From positions 1-51,322 of the forward strand of contig CAZNTG010000004.1 of NCBI GenBank assembly GCA_964575955.1: 51,322 nucleotides of DNA, written 5' to 3'. This document shows, piece after piece, positions 1-9,580 of the stretch. Every line of letters starts with the position of its first letter. The stretch's first letter is position 1. The position numbers and the translations under genes are program-made. Source of the stretch: an uncultured Thermoproteaceae archaeon (GTDB lineage Archaea; Thermoproteota; Thermoprotei; Thermoproteales; Thermocladiaceae). The notes below the pieces were generated by a model, which made no database searches, was not told the origin of the DNA, and was given only the letters and a program-made list of their open reading frames with translations.

Positions 1-1
1 G

Positions 2-325
2 TTGAAAGGTAAGATTGTGCCTATTGAAGGAGATGTTGATAATATTGCACCACTATTCTACTATAAAGCTGATAGAGTATTGATGACACTACCATTAGGA
101 GCATATGAATATCTACATCATGGACTACTATGTGTAAGACCTGAAGGTGGTTATGTACATTTCTACCATATTGGTAAAGAACCTGACATATTTAAAGAAG
201 CTGAGGATATTGTAATGAAAGTTTCTGAGAAAGTTAATAGAAGAGTTAAGATAGTTAATAGGAAGATTGTTAGAGATTATGCACCTAGGATGTACAAGAT
301 TAGACTTGACATATATGTAGAATAG
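2..325 (+). CDS. Trm5/Taw2(TYW2)-family SAM-dependent tRNA modification enzyme, C-terminal part (5'-truncated)
   Basis: Motifs EGD, ADRVLM, GGYVHFY and RKIVRDYAPRMYKIRLD typical of Met10+/Trm5/Taw2; runs off window start. Confidence 0.8.
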   Translation: MKGKIVPIEGDVDNIAPLFYYKADRVLMTLPLGAYEYLHHGLLCVRPEGGYVHFYHIGKEPDIFKEAEDIVMKVSEKVNRRVKIVNRKIVRDYAPRMYKIRLDIYVE

Positions 326-802
326 TTAGAGAAATCTTGGCATCTCTCTTCTCTCACTAGTCTCTCTAGCCATATGAGCAACCTTCTGTTCAAAGTATAG
401 CTTAAGTATCTCAGGAACTGTAGGTTCATTAGATATCTTTCTCAAAAGCTCTGTATACTTAGATGTGTGATCTATATCAAGCTTTACAAAGTCAATAACA
501 ATCTTACGTAGACGTTCTTCAAGTTCTCTAAGAAGATCTATAGGCATTATTGATGTTATTATTGGATTGTTAAGCCATGTCTCAAAGTCTTTCAAAGTTC
601 TCTCAATATACATCAACATTGCCTGTGCGGAGTATAGTAGTGATAGTCTATCCTCATTTGAAGCTATGTATTGTCCAAACTTCTCAAGTTCATTAATAAA
701 CCTCTTCTGATCAGAAACCCACCTCTCCAATCTTCTAATCAATCCATCAATATGTTCCTTTATCATTCTAACCTTAGGATCTTCCATAAAGTTCATACTC
801 AT
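326..802 (-). CDS. DUF2153-like archaeal coiled-coil protein
   Basis: DRLSLLYSAQ..RTLKDFETWLNNP..LDIDHTSKY; start moved to ATG at 802 because the longer ORF overlaps nth. Confidence 0.65.
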   Translation of the reverse strand: MSMNFMEDPKVRMIKEHIDGLIRRLERWVSDQKRFINELEKFGQYIASNEDRLSLLYSAQAMLMYIERTLKDFETWLNNPIITSIMPIDLLRELEERLRKIVIDFVKLDIDHTSKYTELLRKISNEPTVPEILKLYFEQKVAHMARETSERREMPRFL

Positions 803-842
803 GCATAGACTATACGTATACGTATTATTAAAGCCTTTTGTT

Positions 843-1523
843 TTAGACAACTTTACGAATATTAACATATTCACATATATTCGATATAGGACATATATGA
901 CATCTAGGGTTTCTAGATTTACATAACTCTCTACCATGGTGTATTAATACTAGATGAGATATCTTCAACTTCTCAACATCGTTATGAAATTCTTTAATAA
1001 AAATTGATGAAATATTATCATAATTACAGGAATTTGATAGAGGAATCCTAGTACAGATTCTACTAATATGAGTATCGACAGGAAATGTTGGATAATCTCT
1101 CTTGAAAAGTAGAAATACATCAACGCACTTCTTACCAATACCTTTCAAGTTTAGTAACGTGGATCTCAACTTCTCAGGATCTTCAACTTCTAGATATCTA
1201 TCACCTCTCTCAAGAACTAGTCTAGATATGTTAACTATAGCTTCAATCTTTCTTCTATACATACCTGAAACTTTAATACATTCTAAAACCTTCTCAACAT
1301 TATTAATAATATCAACAGGATTTAAAGGTCTCTTAAATACATTTAAAATATTGTTAAATGCCTTTCTAGCTAATTTATCACTAGTATTTTGTGAAAGTAT
1401 TGTTAATATAATAAATTCATAACATGTCAATTCTCTAGATAGTTTATATACTTCACATTCCTCAATATTGAAATTGTAGAATGTTACTAACTTCTCGATA
1501 ATTTCTCTAACTCTAATCTTCAT
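843..1523 (-). CDS. nth: Endonuclease III (HhH-GPD, 4Fe-4S)
   Basis: ILSQNTSD, HhH LKGIGKKC, FPVDTH, C-terminal Cx6Cx2Cx5C cluster motif. Confidence 0.9.
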   Translation of the reverse strand: MKIRVREIIEKLVTFYNFNIEECEVYKLSRELTCYEFIILTILSQNTSDKLARKAFNNILNVFKRPLNPVDIINNVEKVLECIKVSGMYRRKIEAIVNISRLVLERGDRYLEVEDPEKLRSTLLNLKGIGKKCVDVFLLFKRDYPTFPVDTHISRICTRIPLSNSCNYDNISSIFIKEFHNDVEKLKISHLVLIHHGRELCKSRNPRCHICPISNICEYVNIRKVV

Positions 1524-3286
1524 ATAATTGATAAAGCTATACCTAGCAATATTATTAGTAATGTAACTCCTGCAGGTATGCCCATAACATACATTATAAA
1601 TCTCTTGTAATGTTCAATACAGGTACTCAACTTCTCTTTAAGATATGTAAAACCTTCAACTCCAAGAACTTTAGGTCTAACTTTGACATTCTTATAGACT
1701 ATACATCTAACTTTAGACAATTCTCTCTCAAGCTCATTGATGATATTCTTCAACTTCTCAACAACGATATCAGGATTACTCTTCTCACCTAGAACTGCAT
1801 AACCTCTACCTGATATGAATTTAACAAGCTCATGATCATCCATTGTTAATGTTTCAACAATTCTATTCTCACTTGATAGTTTATTAACAATTTTCTCTCT
1901 AAATCTTCTAGTCATATTATTACTATCGAATGTTATTAATACTAGATCTTTATTAAAATCTCTACATGAATATCTCAGATATAGTATCTGCACTCCTTCA
2001 GGACCTATCTCATCTCTACTAATTCCATCAATATATTTTAATACTCTCCATGCTGCGTATAGTGTACATATCCTTCTATTGTAGTTGACATTCTTTAGAA
2101 GATTTTTCAACTCCCTAATCTCTTCACTAGTCCATGATGAATCACCATCATAAGAATTCTGAGAATCTATAAGTATAATATTGTTTAGTGGTATACATTT
2201 CTTAACTGAGTTATACACTTCTAATGGTATGTCATCTGTAGCTCCTAGTTTCCTACTAACAAATATTAGATTTATATCACCTAAAGGAGCTTTTAGAAGT
2301 CTAACATAATTTCCTTCAATAATTACAGGAACTCCTCTACAATATGTTACATATGTTTTACAATCATTAAATAGTGTTCTACACTCCTTCTCAACACTTC
2401 TTAAAATCATCTTACAACTATCTTCATCAAGTACATCTAATTCATGACTACCCACACCATGGAAATACAATATTTCACACTTTGAAACATTTCTACAAAC
2501 ATTATTAAGATCGTATAGTAGTTTTGAACCTACCGTACCACTTATAGGTCCGAAGTGTAGATATGGTATCAATATTATACATCTCTTATCATCTTCTGTC
2601 TCTATACCAAACATATGTATTTTAGTATCAATATGGGTTGAAATTTCTCTTAATGTATTTTCAAATTCTTGAACATTATCTCCAAATGCTTCAAATAGTG
2701 CTTTTAATAATCTAATCATAAATCTTGAACTTTTCTCTTCTAAAAATCTCAACATTAAATATGTGCTTAATAGTGATGAACTATATACTGCACAATCAAG
2801 TACTAGGTAGAATCTTAGTGGTATATTTAGTAATATTGACGTTATTATTTGTGATGGAATTACAGTTATGCATGGTATTATTGCTCTAATAAGTTTTCTA
2901 CTTCTACTATCTTCAATATTTGATATAGTTATTATACTTGTGTGCAATCCTGAAAATGCTACTATTGATATGAATGCCACTATCTTCCTTATTAGAAAAC
3001 TTATTGCTAAATCTACTAGAGAGCTTATTGATGATATTGAGAATGTTAATGATTTTGCAAATCTAGATTTTCCAAAACCTTCTCCACATAATCTATATGA
3101 TGCTAGTAGTAGTACACTATTAATTATGTACAGTATTGGTAATATTGTTGTTATTATTAAGTTTAGAGTAAGTATGTATAATAGTGCTGGATATATTGTA
3201 AATAGTGCTGATGTTGATATGATTCGAATGGTTCTATAAGCTCTGTTAAGAACTAGATTATAGCCTCTCTCAAATATCCTACTCAT
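1520..3286 (-). CDS. DUF2070-like membrane protein
   Basis: N-terminal TM helices, HFGP..GS, FHGVGSHE, DSQN, DSNN, DDH motifs, C-terminal TM. Confidence 0.7.
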   Translation of the reverse strand: MSRIFERGYNLVLNRAYRTIRIISTSALFTIYPALLYILTLNLIITTILPILYIINSVLLLASYRLCGEGFGKSRFAKSLTFSISSISSLVDLAISFLIRKIVAFISIVAFSGLHTSIITISNIEDSRSRKLIRAIIPCITVIPSQIITSILLNIPLRFYLVLDCAVYSSSLLSTYLMLRFLEEKSSRFMIRLLKALFEAFGDNVQEFENTLREISTHIDTKIHMFGIETEDDKRCIILIPYLHFGPISGTVGSKLLYDLNNVCRNVSKCEILYFHGVGSHELDVLDEDSCKMILRSVEKECRTLFNDCKTYVTYCRGVPVIIEGNYVRLLKAPLGDINLIFVSRKLGATDDIPLEVYNSVKKCIPLNNIILIDSQNSYDGDSSWTSEEIRELKNLLKNVNYNRRICTLYAAWRVLKYIDGISRDEIGPEGVQILYLRYSCRDFNKDLVLITFDSNNMTRRFREKIVNKLSSENRIVETLTMDDHELVKFISGRGYAVLGEKSNPDIVVEKLKNIINELERELSKVRCIVYKNVKVRPKVLGVEGFTYLKEKLSTCIEHYKRFIMYVMGIPAGVTLLIILLGIALSII

Positions 3287-3329
3287 TGAAGACGCTTTTC
3301 ATATAGTGATATGGCTAATTTAAATGTAT

Positions 3330-4346
3330 TTACCTTAGACGCATCAAGTGATTCCTTATTAGATTTCTATATATAGTGCCTGTATATCTAAATTGTGCAA
3401 CACCTCTGTTAAATGTTGGTACTTTAAATACTACAAGTCTATCAATATCATATCCATACATCACAACATATCCAACATCTCTCAAAACATTCTTAGAAAA
3501 TATTGTCTGTATAATCTTCCTGTAATATGATACTTCTCTCCTATCTCTAGAGTAGTGTACTAGTACAACTTTATCAAAACCATATTCAACATATTTCATA
3601 ACTGCACTAATACCTCTATGCAATGTCTTATCAATATCTACAAACTTGTGTGCTATAATATCTCTCTCAGTAATAATCACTAGATCTACAGGAAAGTCAA
3701 GTACTAGAGGTATAATACTTGGTATATGTCTATAATTTTCAATATGTTGTCTATATTTTGAGAAGAAGTAATTTTCAAGTTTCTTAGCAATATTTGCATA
3801 AAGTTCCTGTAATGTTGAATACATTTCTAACATTGGCATGAATGGTAGTAGGATATGCATTTCTAATATTGGTATATCTACACCATATGTAGATAATTCA
3901 TCAATCTTATCTAAAATATCTAGACCATCTTCTAAATTTATAGATGCATGTTCTGTAAGTTTCATAATACCAGGAATGTATATGTATTTTCCAAATTTTG
4001 AACATAATTTTCTATTTTCTAACTCTTCAAATATTAAATCAATATCAACTATAGACTTATTTTTTCTTATAGCTGATCTATTAATTATTAATGATCCTGA
4101 TGGTGTTAGATATGCCTTACCATCAATTCCAAATATTGTTCCTGTATATATCCATGACCATACTATCTTCTTAAGATCATCTCTCATATTTAACACAGTT
4201 CTCAATATTGTTAGTGGATCTACTATCTTGTCTACTATCTCACTATCAATCTTGTATGCTTTCTCAATATTTTCTAAACTACCTGATGTGATAAGTCTTA
4301 TTATCTCCTCAAGTTGTGTATCGTTGATGATGAAGGCTGAGCTCAT
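3330..4346 (-). CDS. Hypothetical protein with C-terminal PD-(D/E)xK-like fold
   Basis: 338-aa ORF; VDLVII..YVEYGFDKVVLVH resembles a restriction-endonuclease-like core. Confidence 0.6.
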   Translation of the reverse strand: MSSAFIINDTQLEEIIRLITSGSLENIEKAYKIDSEIVDKIVDPLTILRTVLNMRDDLKKIVWSWIYTGTIFGIDGKAYLTPSGSLIINRSAIRKNKSIVDIDLIFEELENRKLCSKFGKYIYIPGIMKLTEHASINLEDGLDILDKIDELSTYGVDIPILEMHILLPFMPMLEMYSTLQELYANIAKKLENYFFSKYRQHIENYRHIPSIIPLVLDFPVDLVIITERDIIAHKFVDIDKTLHRGISAVMKYVEYGFDKVVLVHYSRDRREVSYYRKIIQTIFSKNVLRDVGYVVMYGYDIDRLVVFKVPTFNRGVAQFRYTGTIYRNLIRNHLMRLR

Positions 4347-4374
4347 GATAGGTGATTAGTTATGAGCAGTCTGA
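4327..4374 (+). ncRNA. Box C/D guide sRNA 1 (tRNA-directed)
   Basis: ATGATGA-AGGCTGAGCTC-ATGA-tagg-TGATTA-GTTATGAGCAGT-CTGA; guides complementary to tRNA D-arm AGCUCAGCCU and anticodon loop GCUCAUAAC. Confidence 0.85.
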
Positions 4375-4490
4375 TCTCTACCTGTTGATCATTATTTTTA
4401 TACCTTTCTACACATATATTACTTGGTATCATTCTTTAACACTTTTATTAGAGATTTCAAATTACTTATATGTCTTATTCTAACATGCAT

Positions 4491-6149
4491 CTACTCCATA
4501 TATGCACCCTTAGATGCTGATGTTGCTTTTTCAGAATACTTCTTTAAGATACCTCTCAACTTTCTTTCAGGAGGTTTCCACTCTCTTCTTCTCTTCTCAA
4601 GTTCATCCTTATCAACTTCTAAATCTATTCTCTTAGAGTTGATATCTATACTTATGATATCTCCATCCTTGACAAGTGCTATAGGACCACCAACATATGC
4701 TTCAGGACTTACATGACCAACCATTATTCCACGTGTAGCTCCTGAAAATCTACCATCAGTTACTAGTGCTACTTTATCTCCAAGTCCTTGACCAACTATG
4801 GCTGCAGTTATCTGCAACATCTCTCTCATTCCTGGACCACCTCTAGGACCTTCATACCTTATCACAACTACAGTTCCAGGTTCAATCTCTCCACTAAGTA
4901 CTGACTTTACAGCTTCTTCTTCAGAATTGAAGACTTTTGCATAACCTCTAAATTTTCTTTGAGTTATTCCAGATGTCTTAACTACAGCACCTTCAGGTGC
5001 TAACGTTCCTCTAAGTATAACTAATGCTCCACTCTTCTGTATTGGATCTTCTACAGGTCTAATAACTTCTCTATTCTTAGGTTCAGGTGCTTCTCTAATG
5101 ATATCACCAATTTTCCTACCTGTAACTGTCAATACATCGAGATTTATAACACCAATCTTTGAAAGCTCCTTCATTAAAGCTGGTACACCACCAGCTTCAT
5201 CAAGATCAACAACGTAGTATGGACCTCCTGGAGATAGTGGTGATATGTATGGTACCTTTTCCTGCATCATATCAAAATCGTCAAGTTTCAACTCAACACC
5301 TGCCTCATGTGCAATTGCTAGAAGGTGAAGTACTGTATTTGTTGAACCTCCAAGAGCTAGATCGACAGCAATAGCGTTTAGAAAGGCTTCTTTAACAAGT
5401 ATATCTCTAGGCTTAATATTTTCATAAACTAACTTCACTATCATTCTACCAGCTTCACGAGCTTTAGAGAGCTTTCTACTAGATATTGCAGGTATTGTTG
5501 ATGAGTATGGAAGTGACATTCCTAAAGCTTCTGAAAGTATGTTCATAGTATTTGCAGTGTAGAGTCCAGCACATGATCCAGGTCCAGGACATGCTTTTCT
5601 CTCAATTTCTTCAAGTTCTTCAATTGTTATCTTACCTCTAGAGTATGAACCTACAGCTTCAAATACATCTTTAATATCAACTCTACGACCTTTAAAATAT
5701 CCAGGTATCATAGGACCACCATTAACATATATTGTAGGTATGTTCAATCTTGCAGCAGCCATCAACATCCCTGGAACAACTTTATCACAATTACCTACTA
5801 ATACTAGACCGTCTAGTCTATGTGCTTCTGCAATTATCTCAATACTATCTGCAATTACCTCTCTACTAACTAGACTATACTTCATCCCTACATGACCCAT
5901 AGCAATACCATCACATACAGCTATTGTGTTGAATTCTATCGGTACACCACCAGCTTCTCTAACACCTTCTTTAATTGCTTCAACAATCTTTCTAAGATGT
6001 ACATGTCCTGGTACAATCTCATTAAAAGAGTTTACAATACCTATTATAGGCTTTTTAAAATCATCATCACAAAAACCTACAGCTCTTAATAATGCTCTAT
6101 GTGGTGCTCTATGATAACCTTCAACTACTTCTCTACTTCTCAAATTCAC
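4491..6149 (-). CDS. ilvD: Dihydroxy-acid dehydratase
   Basis: [41 protein letters not shown] motifs. Confidence 0.97.
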   Translation of the reverse strand: MNLRSREVVEGYHRAPHRALLRAVGFCDDDFKKPIIGIVNSFNEIVPGHVHLRKIVEAIKEGVREAGGVPIEFNTIAVCDGIAMGHVGMKYSLVSREVIADSIEIIAEAHRLDGLVLVGNCDKVVPGMLMAAARLNIPTIYVNGGPMIPGYFKGRRVDIKDVFEAVGSYSRGKITIEELEEIERKACPGPGSCAGLYTANTMNILSEALGMSLPYSSTIPAISSRKLSKAREAGRMIVKLVYENIKPRDILVKEAFLNAIAVDLALGGSTNTVLHLLAIAHEAGVELKLDDFDMMQEKVPYISPLSPGGPYYVVDLDEAGGVPALMKELSKIGVINLDVLTVTGRKIGDIIREAPEPKNREVIRPVEDPIQKSGALVILRGTLAPEGAVVKTSGITQRKFRGYAKVFNSEEEAVKSVLSGEIEPGTVVVIRYEGPRGGPGMREMLQITAAIVGQGLGDKVALVTDGRFSGATRGIMVGHVSPEAYVGGPIALVKDGDIISIDINSKRIDLEVDKDELEKRRREWKPPERKLRGILKKYSEKATSASKGAYME

Positions 6150-6203
6150 GATTCTTTAAAAATTTTGAAAAAATATTTAACTAGTTCCTCAAAGAGTATA
6201 CAT

Positions 6204-6253
6204 GTGATGAGGGTCCTAAGTGATGAGTGGTGATTAAGAATCCACGCTGCTGA
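6204..6253 (+). ncRNA. Box C/D guide sRNA 2 (probably tRNA-Leu)
   Basis: GTGATGA-GGGTCCTAAGTG-ATGA-gtgg-TGATTA-AGAATCCACGCTG-CTGA; intergenic, AT-rich TATA-like element about 25 nt upstream. Confidence 0.88.
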
Positions 6254-6568
6254 TCATATTCCAAGTGCTGCTCTTAGAATAGATAGATAGTCAACAGCTT
6301 CATACTTAACTTCTTTAAGTGTTGGAATTTCCATAATTATCTTCTTAGTCATCTTCAATCTAAGTCTATTGAAGTAATCACGAATTTGATTTACAAGATT
6401 TGAAGTTACTAAAACAACACCAACATCTTCGCGATCTTTAACATCTTCCAAAATCTTAATAACATCCTCACCCTTCTCAACAATTATACCATCAAATCCT
6501 AGAAGTCTAAATGTGTATACAGTATACTTATCACCAACTATCAATACCTTAACTTGGCCAGTAGGCAT
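6254..6568 (-). CDS. atpF: A/V-type ATP synthase subunit F
   Basis: KVLIVGDKYTVYTFRLLG..EIP..RAALGI pattern, 104 aa. Confidence 0.85.
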   Translation of the reverse strand: MPTGQVKVLIVGDKYTVYTFRLLGFDGIIVEKGEDVIKILEDVKDREDVGVVLVTSNLVNQIRDYFNRLRLKMTKKIIMEIPTLKEVKYEAVDYLSILRAALGI

Positions 6569-6613
6569 ATCTTATCTAACTAAGTCTATAAATTTCCAAT
6601 TTTAAGTTTATCA

Positions 6614-7174
6614 CTACCAAGGTACATCTTTCACTCTCATTAAATAAGCTATAAAGTTTGTAAATAGGTGCATAAATATTGTAAATATTGGAGCAATAAT
6701 ATACACATATAGATCATATATATGCAGTATGTAGTACATGTAGAGAAGTGGAAATATTAGAAAATCTAACTGATCTAATATTGGAGCAGGAGCACCTCTA
6801 GCAAGACCAAGTCTTCTCTTAATAAATGCACCAACAAGATCACCCAACAATGCTAGGGTAGATAGTATGAGAACATTAACTGGATCTAGAATTAATATGT
6901 TGAGATTTTTAATAACATTCTCAGGAACTATAGCTAGAATTATTGAATATATTATCAAACTTATAGAATATCCTGATAAGACACCACCAATAAAACCTTC
7001 AATAGTTTTACCATCACCAAGAATTCTTCTACCATCAATAAAATTTTTACCAAAATCTATAGGTGTACATTCTCTATTTAATAATTTAGATATTACAGGT
7101 GGTGAACCATTAGCAACATATTCAGGAATTAGTAATATTATTGTTTTTATAAATTCTCTCAATATATAGTTCAT
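6614..7174 (-). CDS. carS: CDP-archaeol synthase
   Basis: YVANGSPP, PIDFG, GDGKTIEG, GDLVGAFIKRRLG, LDQLDF. Confidence 0.92.
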   Translation of the reverse strand: MNYILREFIKTIILLIPEYVANGSPPVISKLLNRECTPIDFGKNFIDGRRILGDGKTIEGFIGGVLSGYSISLIIYSIILAIVPENVIKNLNILILDPVNVLILSTLALLGDLVGAFIKRRLGLARGAPAPILDQLDFLIFPLLYMYYILHIYDLYVYIIAPIFTIFMHLFTNFIAYLMRVKDVPW

Positions 7175-7578
7175 TTTTCAACTTCATGACTCTTAAGTAC
7201 GTGTACTAGTGCAGATTTTTTAGATGTAAATTCTCTACCACATATAGTGCAATACCATACCCACATACCATTTCTCAATACTGCAACTACAAGATGTTCA
7301 CGTATATGTCTCAAAAATTCTCCCATAGATTTCAACTTGACATTACATATATCACATACAACATTCTTACCTGTAACTCTACAATGCTTAGATAGGTGTA
7401 TTGCAAATATCTCTGAAGAAACTTCCTGACCACATTTAGGACATTTAACAACTCTTGGTGGTGTTGATAAACTTCTCAAAGCTTCAACAATCTTAACTAC
7501 ATCATCACCAACATAGTTCAACACTGGACATACAACCACATTTGTAAGCTTCTGAACTTGAATACCTGTCTCTGACAT
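7171..7578 (-). CDS. Triple C2H2 zinc-finger protein
   Basis: CPKC..HLSKH, CDIC..HIREH, CTIC..HVLKSH. Confidence 0.8.
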   Translation of the reverse strand: MSETGIQVQKLTNVVVCPVLNYVGDDVVKIVEALRSLSTPPRVVKCPKCGQEVSSEIFAIHLSKHCRVTGKNVVCDICNVKLKSMGEFLRHIREHLVVAVLRNGMWVWYCTICGREFTSKKSALVHVLKSHEVEK

Positions 7579-7625
7579 GTACGACTAGATGAGCATACAT
7601 ATCTAGATTTATAAATTTTGAAATT

Positions 7626-8243
7626 TTGAGAAAAAACATGACAACAGGAATAGCAATGCCATCATGGTCAAGTGGATTTATCGGTCTAGTTTTAGGAAAT
7701 TTAGAAATATTTAATGAAACTATCGAATATGTAAAAAATTACTGCTATGTAGATGATGTAGATCTTGTAAAAGTTCCAAAATATAAGAGGACATGCGTTA
7801 TTAGAGGAATTAGGAGAGTACTTGAAAAGTATTTAAATGATGTTAGAAAAATTCTAATTCATGTAGATATTTACGGTATTATCAATAAGCTATGTACTGA
7901 GTATAGAGTTAGTAGATTGTTAATAATTAATAAAGCATATGACTATGTTATTGATATTTTAGATAGTTTAAAGTTGATAGATGGAGATGTCTATGTTGAT
8001 TCTGAATTTGGTAATCATATATCTAGAGATAGACATTTTAAAATTTATGTATCTGATGAAATTTCTATAGTTAAAGTTGCTAGATTTATAGCATCTCTAC
8101 CTGAGGTATCTCAATGTAGTATTTTTAATAATTATAGAAGATTTATCTTAGATACTGAAGATTTTATTGTAGAATTTTACGATATTAAAGATAGTTTATA
8201 TTCTAAAATTCTTGAAGATATTCATAAAATTAAATCTACATGA
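7626..8243 (+). CDS. Hypothetical protein
   Basis: 205-aa ORF filling the gap between genes; ATG start possibly at 7638. Confidence 0.6.
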   Translation: MRKNMTTGIAMPSWSSGFIGLVLGNLEIFNETIEYVKNYCYVDDVDLVKVPKYKRTCVIRGIRRVLEKYLNDVRKILIHVDIYGIINKLCTEYRVSRLLIINKAYDYVIDILDSLKLIDGDVYVDSEFGNHISRDRHFKIYVSDEISIVKVARFIASLPEVSQCSIFNNYRRFILDTEDFIVEFYDIKDSLYSKILEDIHKIKST

Positions 8244-9003
8244 AGTATCTAGATACTTCTTCTTTAGATGTTGATCTTAGTATAGATTCTACACTTCTAG
8301 CTCTATCATATGCCTCATCTAGCTCTATTCTAATTCCTACAATATTTGCAAATTTTTCAAGAAGCATAACTGTACCTCTCCAATCTGCTATATTGTATCT
8401 TGCAAGTACATTATAGTACTCTAGGTATGGTATGTGTGCCCATAGTCCTATCGTCTTTATACCACTTTCTCCAAATCTTCTAAGCATTACTGTATAGAAA
8501 CTGCATGGTCCACGATAAGTTACAGTTCCTGTATCTACACTTCTAGCAATTTCAATACATTCTCTATGTGATGCAACTACTGATATCTTAATATTTGGAC
8601 TTTCATCAAGCATACTTCCAAAAGTTATTACTAACTTCACATCATGCTTCTTTGCAATTTCTAAAAAATCTTCTACAAGACTATTCCACATTCTATGTGG
8701 TTCATGACCTCTAACTACTAGAAGTTTTGTATTTCCTATCTGTGTAATACCAACATCTAGATAGGGCATTGATAGTGTACGTATTTCACCATCTACAATA
8801 TCTACATAAGGTCTAGATAGTCCATATATGAATACTTCATCTGGATCTACTCTATATATTATATCAATACCATACTTATGTACTATATATCCAAGACTTG
8901 TAGATGCAGCTCTCCCAGCATCAGGCCAACCTTCAAAACCCATAATCATTATTTCGCACTTATCAGAACTCTCCTTCACAGTTTTCAAAACTCTCAAACT
9001 CAT
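8236..9003 (-). CDS. PAC2/proteasome assembly chaperone family protein
   Basis: GFEGWPDAGRAAS, SRPYV, GHEPHRMW, GLWAHIP; start moved to ATG 9003 because the upstream extension lies in sRNA 3. Confidence 0.8.
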   Translation of the reverse strand: MSLRVLKTVKESSDKCEIMIMGFEGWPDAGRAASTSLGYIVHKYGIDIIYRVDPDEVFIYGLSRPYVDIVDGEIRTLSMPYLDVGITQIGNTKLLVVRGHEPHRMWNSLVEDFLEIAKKHDVKLVITFGSMLDESPNIKISVVASHRECIEIARSVDTGTVTYRGPCSFYTVMLRRFGESGIKTIGLWAHIPYLEYYNVLARYNIADWRGTVMLLEKFANIVGIRIELDEAYDRARSVESILRSTSKEEVSRYFM

Positions 9004-9041
9004 ACTAGAGATAGAGTCTAGATAGCGTATAAATATTAGTT

Positions 9042-9091
9042 TCAGTCCATGCAAGTCTCGCTCACTAATCGCACGGTTGATCCTTCATCAT
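9042..9091 (-). ncRNA. Box C/D guide sRNA 3 (16S rRNA 5' domain; sR1-like)
   Basis: ATGATGA-AGGATCAACCGT-GCGA-ttag-TGAGC-GAGACTTGCATGGA-CTGA; guides match conserved 16S CGGUUGAUCCU and CCAUGCAAGUC; TTTAAA at 9118-9123. Confidence 0.93.
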
Positions 9092-9127
9092 CTAGATATT
9101 GGATTTTTCAAAAATTCTTTAAATATG

Positions 9128-9484
9128 TTAGCAGGTTAGGTGAAATGCACCAACAACCTTTCTACCTTCCTGAACAAGTTTATTATATATCTCTACAGCT
9201 CTTCTAGTTGGCTCTGCAATATATTCAATACCTCTTCTTCTAAGTTCATCAATAACTTCACGCTCAATAATAACAAGACCGTGGTAACCTGTTCCAAATA
9301 CTATAATTTCAAAATTTTCATTAAATACACCATACTTCTCAAGATCTTCAAGATATACTCTATGACCTTCCTTTCTCCACCAATTCTCAATAATCCTACT
9401 AGGAGTAATAATTATATCTCTAGTATATTCACGACCATCAACTACAATTCTACCAAACTCATAATGCTTAACTAAGTATGGCAT
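9128..9484 (-). CDS. Mth938/DUF498-like protein
   Basis: YEFGRIVVDG, WWRKEGH, FGTG, FHLTC C-terminus; ATG 9484 taken as start. Confidence 0.88.
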   Translation of the reverse strand: MPYLVKHYEFGRIVVDGREYTRDIIITPSRIIENWWRKEGHRVYLEDLEKYGVFNENFEIIVFGTGYHGLVIIEREVIDELRRRGIEYIAEPTRRAVEIYNKLVQEGRKVVGAFHLTC

Positions 9485-9531
9485 AATGTTCAGTATAGAG
9501 GAAGTGTTAAACATATTTTAAACATCTCTTC

Positions 9532-9580
9532 ATGATGAAAATCCGCGGAACTGAAAAATGAAGAACGCCTGCGTCGCTGA
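9532..9580 (+). ncRNA. Box C/D guide sRNA 4
   Basis: ATGATGA-AAATCCGCGGAA-CTGA-aaa-ATGAAGA-ACGCCTGCGTCG-CTGA; near-canonical boxes, GC-rich 12-nt guides. Confidence 0.92.

Noticed and set aside
9004-9054. N-terminal extension of the PAC2 ORF (likewise 803-937, 9485-9514, 44844-44876)
   Set aside because: Extensions run through an sRNA, a neighbouring gene or a promoter; downstream ATGs fit the family starts better
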